Source: Armatimonadota bacterium (GTDB taxonomy: Bacteria > Armatimonadota > UBA5829 > DSUL01). Taken from it: 64,000 bases of DNA. The stretch spans positions 384,001 through 448,000 of the forward strand of contig JBDHZC010000001.1 of the NCBI GenBank assembly GCA_039811685.1, read 5' to 3'. Made by a program: the position numbers and the translations under genes. Positions 1 to 9,824 of the stretch are shown in pieces. The notes beneath the pieces were generated by a model, which was not told the origin of the DNA, searched no databases, and was given only the letters and a program-made list of their open reading frames with translations. Position 1 is the first letter of the stretch. Each line of letters opens with the position of its first letter.

Positions 1-295
1 AGATGCGGAGGCAAAGAAGCTGAAGGCGACGAGTCTCGGCTACTTTCGTCGCAACGGGGATCGGATGCGCTATGACCGGTTCCTTGCTGAAGGGTTGCAC
101 ATCGGCAGCGGCGTCGCCGAATCCTCGTGCAAGGTCCTGGTACAAGCCCGCCTGAAGCAGTCCGGTATGCACTGGAGCGCGCGTGGAGCCGAGGCGATGC
201 TGCAACTGCGAGCGCGCTGGCTGGACGAACCCACCGTCAACTTCGCTGCCTACGCCGCCATGCCCCGCCAACTACCACAGAATTGACGCACACCC
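1..295 (+). mobile_element. Right end of an ISKra4-family-like insertion sequence (truncated by window start)
   Basis: Transposase C-terminus ends at 286, then AATTGACGCACACCC to 295 (reverse complement GGGTGTGCGTC..., a GGG-starting terminal repeat typical of this family). The left end and target duplication are outside the window. Confidence 0.75.
2..286 (+). CDS. ISKra4-family transposase, C-terminal fragment (5' partial)
   Basis: Frame open from window start: ...YFRRNGDRMRYDRFLAEGLHIGSGVAESSCKVLVQARLKQSGMHWSARGAEAMLQLR, matching the YF..N..RM.Y....G..IGSG..E..CK......RLK..GM.W motif. Confidence 0.85.
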   Translation, partial: DAEAKKLKATSLGYFRRNGDRMRYDRFLAEGLHIGSGVAESSCKVLVQARLKQSGMHWSARGAEAMLQLRARWLDEPTVNFAAYAAMPRQLPQN

Positions 296-443
296 ATGCC
301 GGGCAGCAGCCGCAACAAGCACTGTACGCAAAGGAGCCCGGAAGTCGAAGTTGGACATCCGGGCTTCATGGGTCTGGATATTCATTTGTTGATATACTGT
401 CCACTCCTGCAGACGATAGCTAGAAGCTCACAAGAGCGGGGTC

Positions 444-624
444 GGGTGGGCATGGGGCAACCTCCTCAGCTTGCTCAGGTCGCGCATTTTGAGGAGAAGC
501 GCTTGGGTCCGGTCCCGTATGCTTCAGGCAGGGTATTGTCCGCGCACCGTTCCATTGCCTGAAGCCGTGGCCATACGAAGACCGCACTGACCCCTGAGGG
601 GCTACCCCATGTTCATGCCCACCC
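444..624 (-). ncRNA. Candidate structured RNA (long irregular rod), family unknown
   Basis: Nested helices on the minus strand: GGGTGGG/CCCACCC, CATGGGGTAGCC-CCTCAG/CTGAGG(A)GGTTGCCCCATG, GGGTC/GACCC, CGGTCTTCGTATG/CATACGGGACCG, GCTTCAGGCA/TGCCTGAAGC. G-U pairs favour the minus strand. Confidence 0.5.
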
Positions 625-957
625 TTTTGTCAAGGCTACATAATGTCCAAGGTCAACTACAGGCGTTTGGCCAGCACCTGCCCTGTCAAAAGAGCACTCG
701 TTTACCCACCACAATATTAGTCTTCCGCGGGCTCTGGCGCAATCCAACGATAGTCACACGCAAGGCAGGCTCTTTATATCCACTTCTAGGCAGGACTACG
801 GTACTATAGCAAAAACTATAACTACTGCTGAGCGGAGCGCTTGCAGCGCGTAAATGGGGAAAAGTGCACTCCGTCACCGCCACATTGATCAAGACGAAAA
901 CGTGGCCGACGGCACCAGTGCCAGGGGTGAGGTCACGCCACACTCAAGAAAGACTTG

Positions 958-982
958 TCTTTTTGCAGATCAAGCAAAAAGA
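958..982. terminator. Inverted repeat just downstream of the DUF4242-like gene, possible terminator
   Basis: TCTTTTTGC-N7-GCAAAAAGA, 6 nt beyond the stop at 989; the stem is AT-rich. Confidence 0.35.
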
Positions 983-988
983 TCTCCG

Positions 989-1279
989 CTAGGAAACTCG
1001 GGCTTCGCTTTTCACACGTTCAATGTGTTCTACCCGTGTCACGCGCAGTCCAAGGTCAGCAAACCACTGCGCTACAGCAGCCTCATCGGTTGCTTCAAGA
1101 ATACAGATCAGACTCTGTCCTGAAGGTCCGCAGACGCTTCGATATCCGAAGACCCGGGGATCCTCCAGAGCCATATCTTCAAATCGCTCAATCTCTTCTA
1201 CACTGGATGTCTGAGCTTCAAATGTTTTATCTTCAGATGTCTCACGCTCCAGGATATGAACTGCGAGGAAGCGAGGCAT
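989..1279 (-). CDS. DUF4242 / SCO4226-like small (possibly nickel-binding) protein
   Basis: MPRFLAVH N-terminus and CILEATDEAAV..W pattern, 96 aa; AAAGGAG SD upstream. Confidence 0.6.
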   Translation of the reverse strand: MPRFLAVHILERETSEDKTFEAQTSSVEEIERFEDMALEDPRVFGYRSVCGPSGQSLICILEATDEAAVAQWFADLGLRVTRVEHIERVKSEARVS

Positions 1280-1606
1280 AGCGACTCCTTTCGCGTCAAT
1301 TGCCTACTTTCTATCAGTCACGCCGGGCCTGAATCTCGCTCCAGCCGTCGTGCATTTGCGCCAGTGTAACACAAAACTCAGCGCCGTAGACGACCGATTT
1401 TCATCTTTGGATGCAAATTCGTCACGCGTGGCACTGGGATAGGGTCGTGAAGGAGTGGTCTGTTAAGTAGCTGACAACCGGACATAACTCAGGACGCGCC
1501 AGCGCCTCTATTTCTTTTGCCAATTCTGCACGGCAACTTGAGTACGACAGGCCTTGAAACTGTCGGATCCAAAGCTCAGGCCGGGACCCCAAAGAGGCTT
1601 GTTCGC

Positions 1607-2998
1607 TCAGGCGTGAATCGCGCGACCTTGCACAGCGAACGCTGCTTCGCGGACGACTTCGGCCAGCGTTGGGTGCGCGTGTGTTGAGCGGGCGATGTCT
1701 TCACTGCTGGCGCCAAACTCTATAGCTACTGCTGCTTCTGCGATGAGATCGCCAGCCCTCGGCCCAATGATGTGCACCCCGAGCACGCGATCGGTCTGTT
1801 CGTCTGCGAGTATCTTCACCCAGCCATCAGTTTCACCCAACGCCCGTGCGCGCCCATTGGCCTTGAAATAAAAGATACCTTTTCGATACTTCACTCCTGC
1901 GGCCTCCAGCGCTTCCTCGGACTGGCCGACCGTGGCTATCTCTGGGTGAGTGTAGACGATGCCTGGAACCGCGTCATAGTTCACGTGTCCATAGCCGGTG
2001 ACAAGATTCTCAACACACGCGATACCTTCGTCTTCAGCTTTGTGCGCAAGCATTGCGCCGCCGATTACGTCACCCACAGCATAGATGCCAGGCACAGACG
2101 TCTGATAGTGTTCATCCACTACGACAAAGCCACGCTCGCTGATCTGGACGCCCACCTCAGCAAGTCCCAGCCCGTCTGTATTTGGAACACGCCCAACGGC
2201 AACCAGCACGCGATCCGCAGTCACGGGCTCTGAGTCACGGCACTCTACGACTGCCTGGCCGGCATCTGTTCGCACACCTGTCACAGCCGTACCCAGGCGG
2301 AATTCCAACCCCTGCTTTTTGAAAGTCTTGAGCGCGTCACGCGAGAGCTCTGCATCCATCCCGGGAAGAATGCGATCCAGATACTCTATGACAGTGACTT
2401 TGGCCCCCAGCCTTTTCCAGACCGATCCCAGTTCCAGCCCGATATATCCGCCACCGATAACAACAAGGTGCTCTGGCGTCTTAGAGTAAGCTAACGCTTC
2501 GGTGCTGCTACCGACGATATCACCGTCACACTCAACCCCTTTGAGCTGTGCGGGTTTGCTGCCCGTAGCGATGAGGATCCACCTGGCGCGAAGCTCCTGA
2601 GCATTGTCTCCGGATTTGACGGCTACAACGCCCGCTGACGCCACAGATCCATGCCCGTCATATCGAGCAATCTCGTGCTTTTTGAATAGAGAGGCGACTC
2701 CACTCGTAAGGCTCTTGACAACTTCGTCCTTGCGCTTTTGCATCATTGGCAAATCAAGCTCAACGCCCTGAACCTTTACCCCGTGAGGCGTTAGAGCGTC
2801 CTTGACTTCGTGGTAGCGCTGGCTCGACTCCAGCAGAGCCTTGCTGGGGATGCAGCCGACTCGCAAACACGTACCGCCAAGCCGGCTCTCTTCTTCAACG
2901 CAGGCTACTTTGAGTCCCAGTTGGGCAGCGCGTATGGCAGCGACGTATCCACCAGGTCCCGCACCAATGACGACCAGATCAAAACTGTCAGTTGTCAT
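1607..2998 (-). CDS. lpdA: Dihydrolipoyl dehydrogenase (E3)
   Basis: GAGPGGY FAD motif, GGTCLRVGCIPSK redox disulfide, HAHPTLAE C-terminus; downstream of sucB. Confidence 0.97.
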   Translation of the reverse strand: MTTDSFDLVVIGAGPGGYVAAIRAAQLGLKVACVEEESRLGGTCLRVGCIPSKALLESSQRYHEVKDALTPHGVKVQGVELDLPMMQKRKDEVVKSLTSGVASLFKKHEIARYDGHGSVASAGVVAVKSGDNAQELRARWILIATGSKPAQLKGVECDGDIVGSSTEALAYSKTPEHLVVIGGGYIGLELGSVWKRLGAKVTVIEYLDRILPGMDAELSRDALKTFKKQGLEFRLGTAVTGVRTDAGQAVVECRDSEPVTADRVLVAVGRVPNTDGLGLAEVGVQISERGFVVVDEHYQTSVPGIYAVGDVIGGAMLAHKAEDEGIACVENLVTGYGHVNYDAVPGIVYTHPEIATVGQSEEALEAAGVKYRKGIFYFKANGRARALGETDGWVKILADEQTDRVLGVHIIGPRAGDLIAEAAVAIEFGASSEDIARSTHAHPTLAEVVREAAFAVQGRAIHA

Positions 2999-3212
2999 AT
3001 TTTCTGAATGTGTCCTTAGATTCGTTGGTGATCCGCACGCGTCTTACCAGAGTCAGCACCAGCCGCTTGCGTGTGCAATAAGAAATGTTCTCGTCCGGAG
3101 GCTTTGCGACTAAGGCGCACCAGGGCTCTCACCCCGCCTGTGCAGCAGCGCCAAAGAGATATTCGCGACCTTGCAGTGTGCGCTTGAAAAGCATAGACGC
3201 GAGTGCCGGCTA

Positions 3213-4508
3213 TTACACTTCCAGTAGCATTCGCGCAGGATTCTCGATGCAGTCCTTGATTCGCTTCAAGAAACCCACCGCCTCTTTTCCATCCACGATG
3301 CGGTGATCGTACGTCAGTGCCGTGTACATCATAGGACGGATGACGACCTGGCCTTCCCGCGCGACGGGACGCTCCTGAATCGTGTGCAGACCGAGAATCC
3401 CGCTTTGGGGAGGATTTACGATCGGAGTCGAGAGCAAAGACCCGTAGACACCGCCATTGCTGATCGAGAATGTGCCACCCTTCAGTTCCTCAAGCCCTAT
3501 CTTGTTGTGCTTCGCTCGCTCAGCGAAACCTGCGATTGTCACCTCAATCTCTGCAAAACTGAGGCGCTCAGCGCTGCGGATAATCGGCACTACTAGACCT
3601 TTTCCACCGCCGACAGCGATTCCGATGTCGTAGTAGTTGCGGTACACAATGCTGTTTTCGCGAATCTCCGCGTTCAGTTGTGGCACGTCTTTGAGCGCTT
3701 CGATCACTGCCTTGACGAAGAAGGACATAAATCCCAGCTTCACGTTGTAGAGGCTCTGGAACTTCTCCTGATGCTCTTTTCGCAAGGACATTACCTGCGA
3801 CATGTCCACTTCATTGAACGTCGTCAACAAAGCCGCAGCCTGCTGAGCCTCGACAAGGCGTTGGGCGATTCGTAGGCGCATCGGGCTCATAGGCACGACA
3901 TCTTCTTCACGGCCTTCTTGAGCTACGGCAGGAATAGACTGAAGGGGATGTCCAGGAGGTTGAGAAACAGTCTGTGTGGCAGGCAGTGTGTCTGGGCGTT
4001 CCGTGGAGGGCTGTGCAGGGCTGCTGGAGACCTCAGCGCGCCGCAGGACGTCTTCTTTGAGGACTCGTCCGCCGGGCCCGGTGCCTTCCACATCAGAAGC
4101 GTCTAAACCGCCTTCCGCCAGCAGCCTGGCAGCAGCGGGCATGACACGAGGCTCCGCTGGCTGTACGCTTTTTGGAGACTGTTGCTGTGCGGTCGCCGGC
4201 TTCGGCTCTACGACGGCGGGCTGTTGCGGTTGGGATTCAGGCGCTTTGGCGGGTGCGACCACAGAATCCTGAGATTCCTCCATATAGCCGATCACATCGC
4301 CCACCTTCGCAATCTCTCCGGTTTTCTTGAGCACCTGCGTGATAGTCCCTGATGTCGGTGCGGGGAGCTCCAGGGTCGCTTTGTCGGACTCTATCTCGAC
4401 GACAGGCTGGTCGCGGTCCACTCGCTCGCCCTGACCCTTCAGCCAGCTACCTATCTGCACTTCTGTGATGGACTCACCGACGCTTGGCACTACCAGCTCA
4501 ATTGGCAT
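3213..4508 (-). CDS. sucB: 2-oxoglutarate dehydrogenase E2, dihydrolipoyllysine succinyltransferase
   Basis: Lipoyl domain (IESDKAT), E3-binding domain ([12 protein letters not shown]), catalytic YDHRIVDG. Confidence 0.96.
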   Translation of the reverse strand: MPIELVVPSVGESITEVQIGSWLKGQGERVDRDQPVVEIESDKATLELPAPTSGTITQVLKKTGEIAKVGDVIGYMEESQDSVVAPAKAPESQPQQPAVVEPKPATAQQQSPKSVQPAEPRVMPAAARLLAEGGLDASDVEGTGPGGRVLKEDVLRRAEVSSSPAQPSTERPDTLPATQTVSQPPGHPLQSIPAVAQEGREEDVVPMSPMRLRIAQRLVEAQQAAALLTTFNEVDMSQVMSLRKEHQEKFQSLYNVKLGFMSFFVKAVIEALKDVPQLNAEIRENSIVYRNYYDIGIAVGGGKGLVVPIIRSAERLSFAEIEVTIAGFAERAKHNKIGLEELKGGTFSISNGGVYGSLLSTPIVNPPQSGILGLHTIQERPVAREGQVVIRPMMYTALTYDHRIVDGKEAVGFLKRIKDCIENPARMLLEV

Positions 4509-4562
4509 AAACCCTCACTCCTCTTTCAACGAGTTCTGAATTGCGATCAAACGGTTTGAGTC

Positions 4563-7409
4563 TCAGACTGGGGCGTGTTCAAAAACGCCGCCGAATGCTC
4601 TCTCCAGAATGGCCTGCTGCTCAATTTTGTGAATGTTCGCAGAGCCCGTCGCCGGACTCGCTGAGGCAGCTCTGGATATCCCGCTGAATGGAAATCTCCC
4701 CAGCAGTCTGTTGGGGAATCTTACCTGTAAATACCTCCATGCGCCCATGTTCTCCGGTTCTTCCTGAACCCAGAACACAGGAGTCTCGTCCGCATATCGC
4801 GCGAGCGCTTCCTCGATGGCAGTCTCAGGCAATGGGTAGAGCTGCTCCAGGCGAATAATAGCGATGTCGTCCTCATGCCCGAGTTCTCGACGTTGCTTCT
4901 GAAGGTCATAGAAAATCTTGCCGCTACAGAGCAGAATGCGCTCGACCTTGTCTGGTCTGGGATTCACAGGATCAGCGAGCACGCGCTGGAAGCTCTGCGT
5001 CGCAAGATCGTCAATTGAGGAGATTACTTCCGGATGACGCAACAGGCTCTTTGGCGTCATGATCACCAGCGGCTTGCGCCAGGGCCTCAGCACCTGCCGG
5101 CGTAGCACGTGGAACATCTGTGCTGGCGTTGAAGGAACGACAATCTGAATGTTATCCTCCGCCGCCGACAACAAGAATCGCTCCAGGCGCGCGCTCGAAT
5201 GTTCTGGCCCCATCCCCTCAAAGCCGTGAGGCAGCAGCAGCACCAGTCCAGACAGACTGTGCCACTTGTCCTCAGCGCTGACTAGGAATTGATCTACAAT
5301 TACCTGAGCCGCGTTCCAAAAGTCTCCAAACTGCGCTTCCCAGGCAACCAGTCCGTCTGGATAGGCAATACTGTACCCGTATTCGAACCCAAGCACTCCC
5401 GCCTCTGACAGTGGGCTGTTAATAATCTCAACAGGCGCCTGATCCGCGGAGAGATGCTGGAGCGGCGTGAAAATGTCACCGTTGTGGAAATCGTGCAGCA
5501 CGGCGTGCCTGTGGCTGAAAGTGCCGCGCTCACTGTCCTGCCCGCTCAGGCGGACTCTGTGGCCTTCTGTTGCCAGACTCCCAAAAGCCAGTGTCTCCGC
5601 GGCTGACCAGTCCAGCGGGTGCTCCCGGCGCGCCATCGCACGTCTCGCATCCAGAAATCTCTGAATCTTGGGATTCGGAGTGAAGTCTTGCGGCAGCTTG
5701 GTAAGCTGGTCAAGCAGGAATTGCAGGCGGTCAGGGTCAACGCTGGTATCCACATCTCGGACACCGCTCTCTGGCCCGCCAAGATAATTGCGCCATACAC
5801 GCCCTAGTATGCTGGGGCGGGTGGACAACCTCACTTCTTCTTTCTCGTGGACTCCCTGAAGCTCTTCCTCAAGCTGTGCGCGGCGATGGCTCTCGACTTC
5901 ATCCGCCTGCTGTCGCGTAATTCCACCGAGATTCAGAAGCCTTTCAAGATAGCTGTCGCGGACGGATTTGCGGCTGGATATCTCCTTGTACATCATTGGC
6001 TGAGTAAAGCTGGGCTCGTCACTCTCGTTGTGCCCACGCCGGCGGAAACAGTACATGTCAATAAACACGTCCTGCTTGAACGTCTGACGGAAATCCATCG
6101 ACAACTTCACAACCTGCGCGACCGCTTCCGGATCTTCTCCGTTGACGTGGAAAATCGGAACCTGGAGCATCTGAGCCACATTAGTAGCATAGGTTCCGGA
6201 TCGACCGTCTGAGGGGTTTGTCGTGAATCCAATCTGATTGTTCACCACAACGTGAACCGTGCCCCCCGTACTGAATCCTTCCAGCCTGCTGAGGTTCAGA
6301 GTCTCCTGCACAATACCCTCTCCAGCCAGTGAGGCGTCTCCATGGATCAATATGGACACGTACTTTTCGCGCTGGACATCAGCCAGGCGGTCTTGTTTAG
6401 CCCGCACGCGACCAAGCGCGACCGGGTTTACGAACTCAAGATGGCTCGGATTGAAACAAAGCGCCAGGTGAACTTCGTGGCCGCATTCTGTCAGCCAGTC
6501 ATTATGGTAACCAAGATGGTATTTGACATCGCCGTGCCCGACAGACACGTCAGGATCAAGGTCCTGGAACTCCCGGAATATGGCGCGAGGGCTTTTCGAC
6601 ATAATATTGGCCAGCACATTGAGCCGTCCGCGGTGAGCCATCGCTATAACAATTTCGTTGACACCCTGTTCCCCTGCCCTTTCGATAGCCAGGTCCAGGA
6701 GTGGGATCAGGCTCTCCGCCCCCTCCAGTGAGAAGCTTTTCGCCCCGATGAACTTCTTCTGAATAAACTCTTCAAACGTAACTGCGTCTGTCAGGCGCGA
6801 GAAGATGCGTAGCTGCTCCTGAGTGCTGAGTGTCAGGTGGTTTTCAGTGCTCTCCATCCGCTCCTGAAGCCACATCTTCACCGCATAGTCGTCAATGTGC
6901 ATAAACTGCACGCCGATGGAACGGCAGTATGTGTTCCGCAGGCGGTGCAGAATTTCTCTGAGAGTCAGAGTTTCCGGACCAGAAATCGTGGTGGCGGAGA
7001 AGGTGCGATCCAGGTCTGCTTCGGTGAGGCCGTGGGCTTGCAGGTCCAGCTCGGGCTGTGCGGGCCTAGGGCGGCCGAGTGGGTCAATCTGGGCGATCAT
7101 ATGTCCGCGAATCCGATAGGCGCGAACCAGTTGGTCTACACGATCCTGCAGGACGGCTACGTCTGAAACAGGCAGGGAATCGGCTGATTTGGGCGTGGAA
7201 GGATTGAAGATGCTGGCCGGCTTGAACCGAGGCCGAAATCGAACAGAGCCGTTCGTCCTGCCACCGTTACCCTGCGATTCGAAAAACTTCCGCCAGTCAG
7301 ACGGCACAGACGCCGGTTCTGTCAGAAACTGCTCGTACAGCCCTTCCATAAAGGACAGGCTGAGACTGTTCAGGCCTTGCTCGCCACGATCCATCATAGT
7401 CCTCAACAT
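4563..7409 (-). CDS. sucA: 2-oxoglutarate dehydrogenase E1 (start may be ATG at 7397)
   Basis: SLEGAE, MAHRGRLN, GDVKYHLG, NPSHLE, HGDA..GEG, WEAQFGDF, GPEHSSAR motifs. Confidence 0.97.
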   Translation of the reverse strand: MLRTMMDRGEQGLNSLSLSFMEGLYEQFLTEPASVPSDWRKFFESQGNGGRTNGSVRFRPRFKPASIFNPSTPKSADSLPVSDVAVLQDRVDQLVRAYRIRGHMIAQIDPLGRPRPAQPELDLQAHGLTEADLDRTFSATTISGPETLTLREILHRLRNTYCRSIGVQFMHIDDYAVKMWLQERMESTENHLTLSTQEQLRIFSRLTDAVTFEEFIQKKFIGAKSFSLEGAESLIPLLDLAIERAGEQGVNEIVIAMAHRGRLNVLANIMSKSPRAIFREFQDLDPDVSVGHGDVKYHLGYHNDWLTECGHEVHLALCFNPSHLEFVNPVALGRVRAKQDRLADVQREKYVSILIHGDASLAGEGIVQETLNLSRLEGFSTGGTVHVVVNNQIGFTTNPSDGRSGTYATNVAQMLQVPIFHVNGEDPEAVAQVVKLSMDFRQTFKQDVFIDMYCFRRRGHNESDEPSFTQPMMYKEISSRKSVRDSYLERLLNLGGITRQQADEVESHRRAQLEEELQGVHEKEEVRLSTRPSILGRVWRNYLGGPESGVRDVDTSVDPDRLQFLLDQLTKLPQDFTPNPKIQRFLDARRAMARREHPLDWSAAETLAFGSLATEGHRVRLSGQDSERGTFSHRHAVLHDFHNGDIFTPLQHLSADQAPVEIINSPLSEAGVLGFEYGYSIAYPDGLVAWEAQFGDFWNAAQVIVDQFLVSAEDKWHSLSGLVLLLPHGFEGMGPEHSSARLERFLLSAAEDNIQIVVPSTPAQMFHVLRRQVLRPWRKPLVIMTPKSLLRHPEVISSIDDLATQSFQRVLADPVNPRPDKVERILLCSGKIFYDLQKQRRELGHEDDIAIIRLEQLYPLPETAIEEALARYADETPVFWVQEEPENMGAWRYLQVRFPNRLLGRFPFSGISRAASASPATGSANIHKIEQQAILERAFGGVFEHAPV

Positions 7410-7663
7410 TGCGCCCGATTTTTTGCGGCGTCAACGAGTGCCAGTCCTCATTCTGACATCTCACCTCAGCCGGCCGGGCCCCTTCATGGGTAATTCGGTA
7501 GTTTGCCCCCTGTTGTTCAGCATATCCGTAGTTGAGCAGTTCGTCCAGAGACGAAACCGTTGCGCGCGGCGATCAGAAAGGCAGTGGTCACCCATGCGCG
7601 CTTGTTCTATAATACCGCCGGCACGACAGAACGCATACAACGCCCGGCCGCTTATGGGTGCAT

Positions 7664-7737
7664 CGGGGTGTGGCGCAGCTTGGTAGCGCGTCCGCTTTGG
7701 GAGCGGAAGGTCGCCGGTTCAAATCCGGCCACCCCGA
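7664..7737 (+). tRNA. tRNA-Pro (TGG), CCA not encoded
   Basis: CGGGGTG acceptor stem; anticodon arm TCCGC-TT TGG GA-GCGGA; T arm GCCGG TTCAAAT CCGGC. Confidence 0.96.
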
Positions 7738-7795
7738 TTTATCTATGGACACGAAAGTGGCGGCACGGAATTGCGCTGGAATGCCAGGAAGAGAA

Positions 7796-7868
7796 AGCGG
7801 GCGACCGGGCTCGAACCGGCGACATCCAGCTTGGAAGGCTAGCGCTCTACCAACTGAGCTACACCCGC
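7796..7868 (-). tRNA. tRNA-Gly (TCC), CCA not encoded
   Basis: Reverse complement GCGGGTGTAGCTCAGTTGGTAGAGCG CTAGC-CT TCC AA-GCTGG ATGTCGCCGGTTCGAGCCCGGTCGCCCGCT. Confidence 0.96.
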
Positions 7869-7880
7869 TTGACAGTTGGT

Positions 7881-7909
7881 ATTATAGTCACCACGTCCGG
7901 GCTTAGCAA
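7881..7909 (-). promoter_or_regulatory. Sigma70-type promoter for tRNA-Gly
   Basis: TTGCTA-N17-TATAAT on the minus strand, ending 12 nt before the tRNA 5' end. Confidence 0.7.
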
Positions 7910-7937
7910 GCTTTTTCTTCGAGCCACCACAAAACAA

Positions 7938-8010
<73 letters not shown>

Positions 8011-8029
8011 CTTGTCCTCATGACATCGG

Positions 8030-8800
8030 CTAGAACGTTATTGTCAAGCCTCCGTCCACCGTTATGACCTGGCCCGTGATATAGGTGGCGTCTGGTCCAC
8101 ACAGGAAGAGTGCGACACCTGCGATCTCCTCAGGGCGGCCCGCTCGACGCAGCGGAAGATGGCGTCCTTCAACATAACCCTGAATGAACCAATCACTCTC
8201 CAGTTCGCTGATGCCGTCAACTATGCTCATCCGCGTGTCAACAAAGCCGGGCGCTATCGCATTGACCAGAACGTTGCGATCGGCCAACTCCAGCGCCAGA
8301 GCCCGGCAATACTGATTGAGCGCCGCCTTGGCCATCCCGTAAGCGCTCGATTGTCTTTCCGCGCGCTCACCGTGAATGCTGGTGATGTGCACAATTCGCC
8401 CACCACTATGCATTAGTGGCGCTGCTGCTCGCGTCATCAGTACCGCCCCGTCAACAAGGATGTCAAAGTTTTTGCGCCACGTGTCGAGAGGATCGTCAAT
8501 AGGATGCGCAGGATAGGAAGCGCCAGCCACATTGACCAGAGCATCCAGTTCTCCCCAACTCTGGGATATGGCGTCACGCGCAGCCTGTGCTACTGAGGGG
8601 TCACTGTAGTCACCAGGGACGACAAGGTGGTCGCCAGGCTCCAGCTGCGCCGCCACACCGCGCAGCTTCTCTTCAGTGCGAGCGTTCACACACACGTTGT
8701 AGCCTTCTTCGGCAAAGCGCAGTGCCGTGGCTCTCCCTATTCCCGACGAAGCGCCTGTTATGAGGACGTTACGTCTCTTGCTGGCAGCGTAATGAGTCAT
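8030..8800 (-). CDS. SDR family NAD(P)-dependent oxidoreductase
   Basis: TGASSGIG, YGMAK catalytic motif, VNAIAPG, ITGQVITVDGG; ATGA overlap with the upstream gene. Confidence 0.93.
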   Translation of the reverse strand: MTHYAASKRRNVLITGASSGIGRATALRFAEEGYNVCVNARTEEKLRGVAAQLEPGDHLVVPGDYSDPSVAQAARDAISQSWGELDALVNVAGASYPAHPIDDPLDTWRKNFDILVDGAVLMTRAAAPLMHSGGRIVHITSIHGERAERQSSAYGMAKAALNQYCRALALELADRNVLVNAIAPGFVDTRMSIVDGISELESDWFIQGYVEGRHLPLRRAGRPEEIAGVALFLCGPDATYITGQVITVDGGLTITF

Positions 8801-9735
8801 TTCTTTTCAGGACTGAGCGTTCCGGCATAGATAGCGACACGCGTTTCCAATTGCTCTCCCGGTGCGAGCGTCGCGCACTCTTGCTTCTGGATCGCCTCAT
8901 TCAGAGACAGCGCCGACGCGGCAGAAGGCTCAAGGATGACAAATTCGCCGCCCTGGAACCCGCCGTACGAAGCAAAAACGTACCCGTAGGGAAAAACGTC
9001 CGTGTCAAAAGTCAGGCCGAAGCTGAGCGTCTCGGCGGCGTTGTGCCAACTCATAACGCCCACTGCGAGGTCCCAGAGATGGAACGAGTCGATCTCATCT
9101 CCCATCTCTGGCACGACATTCACAGGTTGTGTACTCAGGATGGGCCAGTCAAACGGACTGTCGTCCTGAAATCGCGAATGAGACAGCTCAGCGACCCGCG
9201 CCCTGCTCGCAGGACAGAGGATCCGGTCTCCGGGTTTGACTTTGAGCGGTGCGTGAATCCGCCACTGAAATTGCACAGCCCGGTCGGACACATTCACAAG
9301 CTCATAGTCGAGATCACAATGAAACGAATCCGGACGCAACGAGACAGTTTTCTTATAGCGTAGACCCGACACAGGCAGGTCGGCTTCCGTCACGAGCGTG
9401 TCATCGACAACAGAGTATGACAGGGAGGTTGTCCAGAGCTCTCCGTGGTCTGGCAGATTTTCTCCATCCACTGTCTCGGATACATCGCTTGGCAGAATTT
9501 CATCCACTCCACCCCAGAAAACAGGATCGTAGGCAGTTCCGGGAGGGTGGGCTTCAAGGGGGAGTGCATCGTTGCGCCACAAGAACTGATAATTCGTCTT
9601 TTTCTCGGTGATGGATGTGATTCGACCGCCTATGGACGGCGCCACTTCCACGACCAGGAACTCACTTTCAAGGCGGACTACTTCAGTGCGATTCGGCTGT
9701 TGCTCTTTTGTTATCCGGGTTATATATGGATCCAT
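8797..9735 (-). CDS. Galactose mutarotase-like / aldose 1-epimerase superfamily protein
   Basis: GGRITS, GGVDEILP, PDHGELW, ILEP motifs. Start placed at ATG 9735; the ORF track extends to 9780. Confidence 0.7.
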   Translation of the reverse strand: MDPYITRITKEQQPNRTEVVRLESEFLVVEVAPSIGGRITSITEKKTNYQFLWRNDALPLEAHPPGTAYDPVFWGGVDEILPSDVSETVDGENLPDHGELWTTSLSYSVVDDTLVTEADLPVSGLRYKKTVSLRPDSFHCDLDYELVNVSDRAVQFQWRIHAPLKVKPGDRILCPASRARVAELSHSRFQDDSPFDWPILSTQPVNVVPEMGDEIDSFHLWDLAVGVMSWHNAAETLSFGLTFDTDVFPYGYVFASYGGFQGGEFVILEPSAASALSLNEAIQKQECATLAPGEQLETRVAIYAGTLSPEKK

Positions 9736-9824
9736 GGCTTCTCGAGCGTATAATGTACGCCAATCTTGCCGCAGGCGCAAATCAGGCGCAAAGAATACCC
9801 AAGTACCGTAGAGAGGCTACGACT

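Noticed and set aside
382..660. IscB/omega-RNA (HEARO) idea from GTCAACTAC at about 652 and an MPT-starting peptide
   Set aside because: No PLMP context (in-frame stop just upstream of the ATG), no RuvC/HNH ORF, and the two cues lie on opposite strands.
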